From: a bacterium
GTDB taxonomy: Bacteria; JADJOY01
Length of the DNA stretch: 64,000 bases
NCBI GenBank assembly: GCA_046331705.1
Contig: JAXLQJ010000036.1
Location: 1 to 64,000, forward strand
Direction: 5' to 3'
Below are positions 1 to 14,220 of this stretch, piece after piece; positions within the stretch are counted from its first letter, which is position 1, and the number at the start of each line of letters is the position of its first letter. A program made the translations under genes and the position numbers. The notes under the pieces were generated by a model. It was not told where the DNA came from. It did no database searches and saw nothing but the letters and a program-made list of their open reading frames with translations.

Positions 1-1
1 A

Positions 2-568
2 GAGCTCTTCCAGATCGAAGGCATCAATCAGATCTTCGTCACACCGCGTCCGGGCGCGGCCGTCGACACGGCGATCAAGCAGATCCGCGACGTGCTCAAA
101 TCGCGCTTCGGCGGTCGCGAGGACTTCAGCATCCAGAGCCAATCGGCGATCCTCGCCAAGCTCGACAGCATCACCGGCGCGCTCAAGTACACGCTGGGCG
201 CGATCGCGGGAATCTCGCTGCTGGTGGGCGGTATCGGCATCATGAACATCATGCTGGTGAGCGTCCGCGAGCGAACCCGCGAGATCGGCATCCGCAAGGC
301 GGTCGGAGCGCGCAAGAACGACGTGCTGCTCCAGTTTCTGATCGAAGCCGTGACGCTGAGCGTGGTCGGTGGAGTCGTCGGCATCGTGCTCGGCATCCTG
401 GGCGCCGAGCTGGCGCATGCGTTCTATCCGTCACTGCCCACGCGCATCACGCCCTGGTCGGTGGCGGTGGCGTTTCTGTTCGCCTTCGGGGTGGGGATCT
501 TCTTCGGCGTGTACCCGGCCAAGAAGGCCGCCGAGCTCGATCCCATCGAAGCGTTGCGCTACGAGTGA
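2..568 (+). CDS. MacB/FtsX-family ABC transporter permease, C-terminal part (5' truncated by window edge)
   Basis: ISLLVGGIGIMNIMLVSVRERTREIGIRKAVGA and YPAKKAAELDPIEALRYE are MacB-family hallmarks; frame is open from base 2. Confidence 0.93.
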   Translation, partial: ELFQIEGINQIFVTPRPGAAVDTAIKQIRDVLKSRFGGREDFSIQSQSAILAKLDSITGALKYTLGAIAGISLLVGGIGIMNIMLVSVRERTREIGIRKAVGARKNDVLLQFLIEAVTLSVVGGVVGIVLGILGAELAHAFYPSLPTRITPWSVAVAFLFAFGVGIFFGVYPAKKAAELDPIEALRYE

Positions 569-571
569 GCG

Positions 572-2302
572 ATGAGCGAATCGAGCCCGTTCGAGCCTGC
601 GCCGCTCAGGCGACCGCTGTCGACGCGTGCCAAGGTCTTCCGCGCCGCGGCGCGGCTGGCCACCAACGGCGCTTGGAAGCGGCTCGTGTCCGCGAGTCAA
701 GCGCCGCGCGAAGCGGCCACGGCGAAGCTCGGCGAGATCGTGGCGCGCAACCGCGACACCGCGTTCGGGCGCGAGCACGGCTTCGGCGCGATCCGCACCA
801 TCGAGGACTACCAGCGTGCGGTGCCACCCCGGGACTTCGAGGGCCTCTCGCCCTGGCTGGATCGGGTGGTCGCCGGCGAACGCGCCGTGCTCACCCAGGA
901 CGAGCCCACCTGGTTCGGGCAATCGAGCGGCACCACCGGCAAGCCCAAACTCATCCCGATCACGCCCAGCTACTTCCGGGAGTTCATCCTCGGGCGAACG
1001 TTGTTCGCGCGTGCGCTGGCGGAGAACCTGCCCCAGCTCGCCGACGGCGCCGAGCTGGGCATGGCGAGCCCCAAGGTCCAAGGCCACACGCCTGGCGGCG
1101 TCCCCTACGGCTCGATCACGGGCAAGATCGAGGCCGCCAAGCCGAGATGGGTCCGCGAGGGTGACACCTATCCGCTCGGCCTCTTCGAGCTCGAGGACTT
1201 CGAGCGCAAGTACTACCTGCTGCTCCGTCTCGCGCTGGAGAACCGCATCACGCGCATCCACACCGCCAATCCCAGCACGGTGGTGCTGCTGGCGCGCAAG
1301 CTCGACGAGTACTCCGACGCGCTGATCCGCGATCTCGAGCACGGCACCGCGGACCGCTGCGACGGGCTCGACGCGGCGCTCGTCGCCGCGATTCGCAAGC
1401 GCATCCGCGCGCCCAACCGGGCGCTCGCCGAGAAGCTGCGTCGCTCCAAGGGCACCCACGGTCGGCTGCGCCCGCCCGACGTCTGGGACGAGTTCGCAGC
1501 GGTGCTGTGCTGGAAGGGCGGCAGCGCACCGTTCTACCTGCAGCAATTCCCCCACTGGTTCGGCGACGACGTTCCGGTTCACGAGATCGGCTACGCGGCC
1601 ACCGAGGGGAGCTTCACCGTGCCGCTCTCGGCGCGCGGCAACGACGGAGTGCTGGTCATTCCGGCGGCGTTCGTCGAGTTCTTGCCCGAGGACGCGCGCG
1701 ACCGCGGCGACTACGGCGCCGCCGTCGACGCCTCCCGCGTGGAGGTCGGCGGCCGCTACTTCACGCTGCTCACGACCTCGGCGGGTCTCTATCGCTACGA
1801 CATCAACGACCTGGTCGAGATCACCGGCTTCTTCCACCGCGCGCCCAAGCTCAAGTTCCTGCACAAGGGCGGGAACATGCTCTCGATCACCGGCGAGAAG
1901 CTCGGCGAATCGCACGTCGTGGAGGCGATGCGCAACGTCCAGCTCGGCTGCGGCGTCCAGCTCGCGGGCTTCACGGTCTCGGTGGATCTCGCGGGACTGG
2001 TGCCGCGCTATCTCTTTTACGTCGAGGCCCCCGGTCTCGCGGCGAGCCCGCGGCTGCGTGAGCTCTTGCACGCATGCGACGCCGAGCTGCAACGCACCAA
2101 CCTCGAGTACGAGGCCAAGCGCAGCTCGCTGCGACTCGCGAATCCGTCGCTCGTGGTGGTGCCCGAGGGCAGCTACGACTCCTATCGCAAGAAGCGCGTG
2201 GCCGCGGGCGCGCCCGACGCCCACGTGAAGGCGCTCCACCTCGCCCGCGACCGCGCCATTCCCGATGCGTTCGGGGTGGCGATCACGGTCGAGTGGGAGT
2301 GA
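572..2302 (+). CDS. GH3-family acyl-adenylate-forming amido synthetase-like protein
   Basis: GH3 motifs SSGTTGKPKLIP, YAATEG, GLYRYDINDLV, ITGEKL; starts 3 bp after the permease stop. Confidence 0.9.
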   Translation: MSESSPFEPAPLRRPLSTRAKVFRAAARLATNGAWKRLVSASQAPREAATAKLGEIVARNRDTAFGREHGFGAIRTIEDYQRAVPPRDFEGLSPWLDRVVAGERAVLTQDEPTWFGQSSGTTGKPKLIPITPSYFREFILGRTLFARALAENLPQLADGAELGMASPKVQGHTPGGVPYGSITGKIEAAKPRWVREGDTYPLGLFELEDFERKYYLLLRLALENRITRIHTANPSTVVLLARKLDEYSDALIRDLEHGTADRCDGLDAALVAAIRKRIRAPNRALAEKLRRSKGTHGRLRPPDVWDEFAAVLCWKGGSAPFYLQQFPHWFGDDVPVHEIGYAATEGSFTVPLSARGNDGVLVIPAAFVEFLPEDARDRGDYGAAVDASRVEVGGRYFTLLTTSAGLYRYDINDLVEITGFFHRAPKLKFLHKGGNMLSITGEKLGESHVVEAMRNVQLGCGVQLAGFTVSVDLAGLVPRYLFYVEAPGLAASPRLRELLHACDAELQRTNLEYEAKRSSLRLANPSLVVVPEGSYDSYRKKRVAAGAPDAHVKALHLARDRAIPDAFGVAITVEWE

Positions 2303-2306
2303 TGCG

Positions 2307-3485
2307 GTGTCGGCGCTGCTGATCGTCGCCGCGATCGTGATGCTGCTCTGGATGCTCGGGCCGCCGATCGTCGTCGACCACCACCGCAAGATCCCGCACC
2401 TTCCGGACTCGCGAGCGCGCGCGCGCGCCGAGCCCGTGCCGCTGCTCTCGGTGATCATCCCGGCGCGCAACGAGGCGAAGCGCATCCGCGGCTGCGTCGA
2501 GAGCGTCCTCGGCCAGGATCACGCGCACTTCGAGGTGATCGTCGTCGACGATCGCTCCGAGGACGGCACCGGCGCCATCGTCGAGCAGGTCGCGGCGGCC
2601 GACCCGAGGCTGCGGCTGGTGGCCGGCGCCGAGTGCCCGCCGGGTTGGGCCGGCAAGAACCACGCCCTGGTCCAAGGAGTCGCGGCCTCGCGCGGCGACC
2701 ACCTCTTGCTCCTCGACGCCGACGTGACCCTCGGTCGCGGCTGCCTGCGCGAGGCGCATGCGCTGGCGCTGGCGAGCAACGCCGGCCTCACCACCTTGCT
2801 GCTCGGCACCTCGTTTCACGGCTTCTGGGAGCGGCTCCTCCAGCCGCTCATGTACGAGATGATGCTCTTCCTGATCCCTCCCGATCGGGTGAACGATCCG
2901 GCGTTTCCCGAGGTCGCGATGGCGCCGGGGCCGTTCCTGCTGTTTCGTCGCGACGCGTACGACGCGATCGGGGGCCACGGCTCGATGAAGGGCGAGATCG
3001 TCGAGGACCTGATGCTGGCGCGCAAGGTGAAGGCCTCGGGCCTCGGCCTGGTGCTCGCGGACGGCACGCGCATCGCGAGCCTCGCGCGCGAGGTGACCTT
3101 CGCGCGGCTCTGGGAGGGCTGGAGTCGGGTCACCTTCAAGGGGCTCGACCAACGCCTCGCGGTGGTGCTCGGCGGGACGCTGGGGGTGGCGACGATGCTG
3201 CTGATGCCGTGGCTGCTGGTGCCGATCGGGATCTGGCACGCGATCAGCGCCACGGCCGCCCTACCCGGCGCGCTGCTGGCGCTGATCGGGCTCACGACGG
3301 TGGCGGCGCAGGCCGGCTGCCGCTGGCTCCTCGACCTCTACTACGGCATCGATCGCAAGAGCTTCTGGCTCACCCCGCTCGCAGCGCTCTTCGCGATCGC
3401 CGTGCTGTGGAACTCGGCGCTGGTTTCGCGCGGCAATCGCGCGGTCGTCTGGAAAGGCCGCGTCTACACCGGCAACGCGACGTAG
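2307..3485 (+). CDS. Membrane-bound GT2 glycosyltransferase (HpnB/carotenoid glycosyltransferase-like)
   Basis: N-terminal TM, SVIIPARNEA, VVDDRSEDGT, GWAGKNHAL, LDAD, EDLMLA, C-terminal TMs, VVWKGR; GTG start at 2307 after GGGAG. Confidence 0.87.
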   Translation: MSALLIVAAIVMLLWMLGPPIVVDHHRKIPHLPDSRARARAEPVPLLSVIIPARNEAKRIRGCVESVLGQDHAHFEVIVVDDRSEDGTGAIVEQVAAADPRLRLVAGAECPPGWAGKNHALVQGVAASRGDHLLLLDADVTLGRGCLREAHALALASNAGLTTLLLGTSFHGFWERLLQPLMYEMMLFLIPPDRVNDPAFPEVAMAPGPFLLFRRDAYDAIGGHGSMKGEIVEDLMLARKVKASGLGLVLADGTRIASLAREVTFARLWEGWSRVTFKGLDQRLAVVLGGTLGVATMLLMPWLLVPIGIWHAISATAALPGALLALIGLTTVAAQAGCRWLLDLYYGIDRKSFWLTPLAALFAIAVLWNSALVSRGNRAVVWKGRVYTGNAT

Positions 3486-3501
3486 CTGCGACGATTCGGG
3501 C

Positions 3502-6500
3502 TCATTCCACGACGACCCTGCGCCGCACCAAGCCCTCTCGATACCGTTCGAAGCCAGCCCGCTCGAACACCGCCCCCCACGGACTGTGCTGGGCCGGCGT
3601 TCCGTCGATCTCCTCGAGCTGAAGCGGCGGCACGGCACCCGCATCCACCGCGGTCGCGAGCGCCGTCGCCACCGCCGCCGCCGCGCCGTCTCGTTCCGCT
3701 TCGTCCTCGGGCGGGAACGTGAGCAGGTGGTCGAGTCCGCGATTGAGCCAGCCGCGCACCGTGCCATCGACCAGCACCACGCGCGCGCCGGCCACGCGCT
3801 GCGGACGGGTCCTGCCGCCCTTCGGCCAGTCGAGGAGCGTGCCGTACGGGTTCGCGGGGTCGCACGCCGCGAGCACCCGAAGATCGGCGGAGACAGCCGC
3901 CGCGCGGTGCGATCGCAAGCGGTCCTCGATTCCCGGTAACGCGAACTGCGTGGCGCCGAGCCCCTCGACGAAATAACCACGCCGCACGCGCCCCGCCTCC
4001 TCCATGGCGCGCAGCACGGGATAGAGCGCCGCGTACCCGCCCTCGCGGCCTTCGCTCATCACCGCGTCGCGGGTGACGACGCCGTAACGGTCGAGGAGCT
4101 GCTCCGCGAACGCCGTCGCCTGTGCGGCGCGCGTTCGCGAGGCGAGCGCAGGCGAGGGCTGCGCGAGCGAGAATCGCCCCTCGGTGCCAGGCAGGACGGT
4201 GCGGCGCGACCGAAACCGTTCGCCACCGCGGCGCTTCGCTGCCGGCGCCGCCGCCCGCAGCCGCGAACGCAACGGCGCCAACGTGTCGTTCGCGACCTCG
4301 CCGTTCCACACCAAGGCCCAGAGCGCCTCCGCGACGTCGTTGGCGAAGCCGCCGGTCTCGGCGACCAGATCGGCGAAGAACACCGCGCCACGGCGCGCCA
4401 GCAGCGCGCGGATCCGATCGAAGCGCTCGCCGGCGAGCGCGGGCCGAGCAACGGCGAGCTCGTCGGCGCGATCCGTGAGGTGGAGCGCGACCTTGCCGTC
4501 CGCCGGACCGCTTGCCTCGACGCCGCGCCAGACCACCTCGCCCGCGAGGCAGAGCTCGTCGAGCATGCCGGGGTGGTAGCCACGGACCCGCGCAGGCAAG
4601 ACCTCCGATTCGAGGATGGACGCGACGGCGGCACCACGCAACTGGCCGATCACCACCGCCAGCAGCGCATCGAGGCCCGGGCGCGGCCGAACGAGCCCCT
4701 GCCAATCGAGAAGCCAGCGCGCCAGCGCCTGCGGCACGGGCTCGATCTCACGACGCAGCGCCAGCGCGCGCCGCTTGAACGCTCGCAACGTGTCGGCGTC
4801 GCACCACTCGTCGTCGGTGGCGCCTCGGCGGCCACGATCAGGACGCGCCCCGACGCCACCAAGCGCCGAGGCCGCGACCAGCACGTCCTGCTCGTAGACG
4901 CGCGGCGACGTCCTCGACGCGAAACGCCATGCGTTCGCGCGTAGCGAGCCACCAGGTCGGCGAGGGGATCGGGCACCGGCTCCAGGAACACCGCAGGCGC
5001 CCCGCGGCACCGCGCTGCCCAGGGCCTCGCGATAGCGCGCCCCGGCATCCTCGATGGCCACGAAACGGCGCCCGCGCCGACACGCAGCTCGGCGACGCGG
5101 CGTCCGCCGCGCGAGCGCGCGCAACCAGCGGTCGACGTCGCGCAGGCGTCGACTCGCTCCGCCGAGCCTCCTTGCGCCGACTGGTTCCGAGGGTGCGCAG
5201 CAGATCAGCAGGGCGTCGGCGTGCGCGACGCAGCCAGCGGATCGAGGCGCTGGACACGGCGTTCGTGCGCCTCGATCCCCTGCGAGACCGAGAAGCCCCG
5301 GCAGCCCCGCTTCTTCGCCGAGCAGCGCGGCGAGCTCGGCCGAATCCACCACCAGCGCCTGCGCGCGCAGCTCGGCAGTGCGCGGCCGCCTCGTACACGA
5401 AGTTCGCCACCCACGAGAACGCACGAAGACGACGCGAACGGCGACGGCCGGGGAGCTGACCACGCGCACCGCGATCGCGTGGCTGCGCACCTGGGCGAGC
5501 AGCCGTGTGAGCGCCGGCAGATCGAACACGTCGCGCAAGCATTCCCGATACGTCTCGAGCAGCATCGGGAACGTGGACACGCGGCCGCCACCCGCGACAG
5601 ACCGCGGCCTGCGGCGCTGCTGCCAGAGCGCCGTGCGCTGCCCAGGGAAGCGCTTGGGAAGAGCAGCGCGCGGCTGGGCACACCGCGGAAGCGCCTGGCG
5701 AAGAGCGCCGTCCCCGCGAGATGCCGACCACCTGATCCTCGATTTCCTCCGGCGCCGGGAACAGCCACCGAGTCGACGGCACCTCGTTCGACTCGGGGCA
5801 GGCGGAAGACGATGCCGTCGTCGGACCACAGCACGTCCACCTCCTCCCCACCACCGCCTCGCGCAGCTGCTCGGCCACGGCCGTGGCCCAGGGAGCGTGC
5901 ACGCGTGCCCCGAGCGGCGAGAGCACGCACACGCGCCAATCGCCGACCTCGTCGCGAAAATGCTCGACGACGATCGTGCGATCGGACGGTACCTCGCCGG
6001 TGGCGTCGGCCTGCTCGCGCAGATACGCGACCAGTCGCGACGCGGACTCGGGATCGAGGTGATGGCGGCGCTCGAGGCGCGTGCGGGCGGCGGTCGGATC
6101 GAGCGCCATCAGCTCGCGGCTCAGCGCCCCGATCGCCTGACCTAGCCTGGCGGAGCGTCCGAGGCCCTCGGCGCGCCATCGCCATATTCGCCCCGGCTCG
6201 CCGGGCGCGGGCGAGATCTTCATCACCTTGTCGTGGTGATCCCCGACCCGCCACGACGACGCCCTTGTGCACGAAGACGTCGCCGAGCCGCGTCTCGAAG
6301 ACTATCCTCGTCGAGCTCGCCGACCCGCCTGCCGGCGCTACCGGCCGCGCCGAGCAGAAACACCCTGTAGAGTGCTGCGATCGATCGTGCCCGCGCGAGC
6401 ACCGCGAGATGCGCGGCACCGCGGGGCGAGAGCATGTCGCCGACGCGATCCCAGGTGATTCGGCTTGAGCTCGGCGAACTCGTCCGAGGGGTAACGCCCG

Positions 6501-7999
6501 GCGAGCATGTCGAGGACGCCTTCGAGCGCAGCGCGAGAGCTGCGCGAACGGTGCTGCACCGCGTACCCGGCGATGGAGCGTATCCACCGAGATCGGGCGC
6601 TCGACCACGATGGCGACGACCTGCTGGGCGAGCACGTCGAGCGGATTGCGCGGATAGAACGTCCTCGACGAGCGCGTCGTCCATCCGCGCCGTGACCGCC
6701 GCGGCACGCCAGCAGGTCGCTCTGGAACTTCGGGAAGATCGCGCCCTTGATACCGCGCCTACGCCGTGATCGGTGCGCGGCCCACGGGCAAGGTAATCCG
6801 CGGCGATGCCTGGCGGCGCCTCGATCTGCACCACCAGATCGATGGCGCCCATGTCGATCCCGCCAGCTGAGGACGACGTTGCCACCAGCGGTGCAGCCCG
6901 CCGCGCTTCACTAGTCGATGTCGATTGCAGCAGTTCGCGCTAACGAGTGCCGGTGGCAGCACGATCTGTCAGCCGGCGAGCTTCTCGTGTTGATGGCACT
7001 GGCGAGGCGTCCGCGAGGCTGTAGCTGCTGACGGTGAGAGTGTCGAGCGATGGGCGGGACGGCCGAAGCCGCGGGCGATGGTGGACAGACTGACGGCTCC
7101 AGCCGTTTGCCGGCTTGCAGCGGGTGACCTGCTCAGGCGGCGCGCGTGGCCGTCGGCCTGCTGCGGCGTCGATGCGGCCAGGGGATCGAGATCTCGGCGG
7201 CTGGGGCAGCCGAGGATCTGTCGGCCGTTCCAGCAGATGGCGGCGGTGCCGTTGGGCGATGGCCTGACGGGGTGGTGCCTGCCGCCAGGGGAAAGCCAGC
7301 AGCGCGATCTCGTCGAGGATGCTGCCGAGAGCTCGATGGCTGCAACGCCTGTGGCTGTTCGCGCTGCTCGAGACGTTCCCAGCGAGAGGCTGCCCAGTGG
7401 CGCTGGCAGTTCGAGCTCGACGAGGCGTGGTCTCGATTGACGATCAGCTGGTCTTCGATGCGGCGAGGGTGGCCGCGCGAAGCCCGCGAGAGCAGCAGGT
7501 GGAAGAGCGACTCCGGGAGTCGTAGAGGATTCGCGCGCAGCATCGCGCGGCGCGATCCCGCCGAGGTGTCGCCGGTGCGGATGCCCACGCGCGGCGCGCG
7601 CGCCTGCGCGCCGAGGCGCTCGGCCTGCGCCACGATCCCCGCGAGCGGCACGCGCAGGTTGCGCTCTCGAGCGCCGACGCCGAGCGCGCGCAGCGGCGAG
7701 AGATAGACCACACGCGTGCCCGAGCCGGGCGCGACGCGGGGGGCTCGCGAACAGCAGCCGATCGAGCGCCACCAGGAACGCGGCGAGCGTCTTGCCGGAA
7801 CCGGTGGGCGCGAGGAGCAGCGTGGACGCTCCGCTCGCGATCGAGGGCCAGCCCAACGCTTGCGCGCGGGTCGGTGCGCCGAACGACGTCTCGAACCAGG
7901 CCCGCGTCGGGGGGTGCGCGCGAACGCGAGTGGGTCGGGCCCCGACGCGGCCGGGATCCTCGGCGGCGTCGCAGCGCGGGCGCGTGCTCGGCGAGCCAT
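3502..7999 (-). pseudogene. lhr: Long-form Lhr ATP-dependent DNA helicase, multiply frameshifted in this sequence (probably sequencing errors)
   Basis: Pieces in different frames: WFETSFGAPTRAQ...APTGSGKT, YLSPLRALG, RTGDT, GIDMGAIDLVVQIEAP, PRNPLDVLAQQ, VPSDRTIVVEHFRDEVGDWRV, RGYFVEGLGATQF, ACDPANPYG. Confidence 0.88.
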
Positions 8000-8048
8000 G
8001 ACGACTCATGGTCAAGCCTGGCCGCCAACGACCGTCGGGCGGCCCCGC

Positions 8049-8078
8049 TTGACTCTCCGCACCCCGCGCAGCTAGGCC
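8049..8078 (+). promoter_or_regulatory. Putative sigma70 promoter for deaD
   Basis: TTGACT-18bp-TAGGCC; the -10 element is weak. Confidence 0.3.
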
Positions 8079-8296
8079 CTTTCGTGACCGATCGCCAGCG
8101 CGGCCTCGACTGAACCCCGCCTGTGCCCGCGCCTGGGGACCGGCCACCCGACGGCGCCGGTCCCAGCGCGCGAGATTCGCCTCGGTACCGCACCGCCACG
8201 ACGCGCATCCCGACGCGCCACCGGACGGGTCTCGACGTCCTCGACGACGCAACGCCGCACGAATCGCCTGCGCATTCCCGCGAGCCACACTCCGCC

Positions 8297-10108
<1,812 letters not shown>

Positions 10109-10279
10109 TCCCGATCACGGCCACACGACGGCATCCGCCCCGTTCGCTCACGGTCGGCGCAACGTCGATTCACCCACCGACCACGGTCGTCGTGCCGGGC
10201 GTGTCGGGCAAGCGACCGGCATTCCCCGATCGCCACGCGCCGACGCCGCAGCTCGCCGATCCCGGCGAATCGACCAACC

Positions 10280-11650
10280 TCACAACGGCATCCAGCCGTC
10301 GGCGTGGGAGGTCATCCAGTGCGCCAGGCCGAGCGCCATTCCGACGACGTGGAACAACGCGATGCGTCCGGGCCAGTCCCACCTCGGTTCCCGCAAGAGA
10401 TCGGCGAAGAGCAGGAACGGCAGCACGCGATAGCCGGTCAAGTAGTTCGCATAGAACATGGGAAACCGAAGGAGCGCGGGGAAACAGCCGAGCAGCAGGA
10501 TGACGAACCACGGGGCGCCCCACGTCCGCCACGCACGCCCCTTGCGCGCCATCCACGTCAACGCGGCAACCTGCGGGAGTGTGGCGCGAAGCGACACGCT
10601 CAACACCACGGCCACGAGCGCCCAGACGACGTACGACGCGCCCCGACGCACCCACAGCGCCCACGCGAGCGCGGCGAACGTCGCCATCACGAGGTTGATG
10701 CGGAGGTCGGCCAGCAGCTGGCCGCCAACGACGTCCGACGGCGAGAACTGATGCGCATTCCAGTGCTGCGCCGTGTTCTCCGGATCGAGCTCGGGACCGG
10801 CGGCCTTCGCCTCGGCCATCGCCGCAGCCACACGGGGCTGCAACCGACGCCGATCGTGGTCCAGCTTCTGCATCCAAGGGATGGATGCGGCGATCGCGAT
10901 CACCGTACACAGCAGATAGCCGGCTCCGATTCGGCGCCCGCAACTCACGAACCCGACTCCCGCGATCCCGATCAGGCCCACCCCCAGGAACCCGTAGAGA
11001 TGATTCGCGGGGAGCAGCACCATGCTCGCGGCGAGGCCCGCCAACGCGAGCAGCTTCGTCCACACGTCGCGCGCGACCAGCGGCACCAGCGCCAGATAGG
11101 TCGTGGTCAACACGAGCAAGAGAAAGAGCCCGTACGCGCGCACCTCGATCGTGTGCCAAGTGGGCGCGATCCAGAACACGGCGGCAGGAACGACGCGCTG
11201 CCCGCGTGCGAAGAGCAGGCGCACCAGGAAGATCCAAACCAGCGCCGAAGCGCCGTAGATCGCCAGCGCCACCACGCGCCCCGCGTGAACCGTGGGGTTC
11301 GTGGCAGAGAGCGTCCCCATCCAGAACAGGTAGGAGAGTGGCGCGTGCCACATCACCTGCGCCATCTGGTAGTAGCGGTTGGCGAGCCCCTCGGTCGCGG
11401 CGCTCTGCACGTGCCGCAGATAGAGCGACGACTCGTCGCTCATTCCATCGCGGTTCCCGCTCATCTGCACCATCTGCCCCAAGGCGACGCAGCGCAGCGC
11501 GAGCAATGCGGCGAACACGGACCATTGCACGCGTCGGTCGGTGGCGAGCGCGAGCGCGACTCGCCGCGCCGAAGCATCCAGACGGGCGAGCGCTCGGCGG
11601 ACACGCGATGGCGGCGCCGCGGGGTCGAAGGTGACGGGCCTCTCCCTCAT
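10280..11650 (-). CDS. Polytopic membrane protein, likely GT-C fold glycosyltransferase (ArnT/PMT-like)
   Basis: DE motif after TM1 (SDESSLY), HAPLSY, EVRAYGL resemble PMT_2-family motifs; many hydrophobic helices. Confidence 0.6.
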   Translation of the reverse strand: MRERPVTFDPAAPPSRVRRALARLDASARRVALALATDRRVQWSVFAALLALRCVALGQMVQMSGNRDGMSDESSLYLRHVQSAATEGLANRYYQMAQVMWHAPLSYLFWMGTLSATNPTVHAGRVVALAIYGASALVWIFLVRLLFARGQRVVPAAVFWIAPTWHTIEVRAYGLFLLLVLTTTYLALVPLVARDVWTKLLALAGLAASMVLLPANHLYGFLGVGLIGIAGVGFVSCGRRIGAGYLLCTVIAIAASIPWMQKLDHDRRRLQPRVAAAMAEAKAAGPELDPENTAQHWNAHQFSPSDVVGGQLLADLRINLVMATFAALAWALWVRRGASYVVWALVAVVLSVSLRATLPQVAALTWMARKGRAWRTWGAPWFVILLLGCFPALLRFPMFYANYLTGYRVLPFLLFADLLREPRWDWPGRIALFHVVGMALGLAHWMTSHADGWMPL

Positions 11651-11994
11651 GGCATCGTCACGACCGTTCACGCGCGGCGAAGCGGCCGCCGCTGCACGCT
11701 GGCGGCGCGCAGCGCACTCGAGTCGGCAGCGCGCGAGCGCTCGAACGCGCGCCGGTCTGCCCGTGGCGACGACGGCGACGAGACGCGGCACCGGCGGCGT
11801 GACTCATCTCGCTGAAACGCCGGCGCCGACGAGCGAGGAAACCGCAGTCCCCGTTTCCTCCCCGAGGTCGCGTGCGATCGTCGTTCGGACGGTTCCGCTG
11901 CGCACCCTCGGCTCCGGCGGCAACACCCTGCTCAGAGACCCGAACCATCGCTGCTCCGAGAACGTCGACGGCGTCGCTGGACGAAACGACGAAA

Positions 11995-14079
<2,085 letters not shown>

Positions 14080-14220
14080 GGGCCGCGCTCCTCGAGGGCG
14101 ATCGGTTGTGACAGGGGTGGTTCGCGCGTGGATCGGCGCCGAGACTAATCGCCACGCCGAAGCGCCGCAACGCGCGACGTTCCCGCGCGCCGCCGCGCGA
14201 AATCGGGCCTCCGCGCGAGG

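Noticed and set aside
6880..7480. Atypical segment inside lhr as an insertion or foreign element
   Set aside because: Remnants of the expected Lhr motifs are collinear and the segment is shorter, not longer, than expected; no terminal repeats or transposase.
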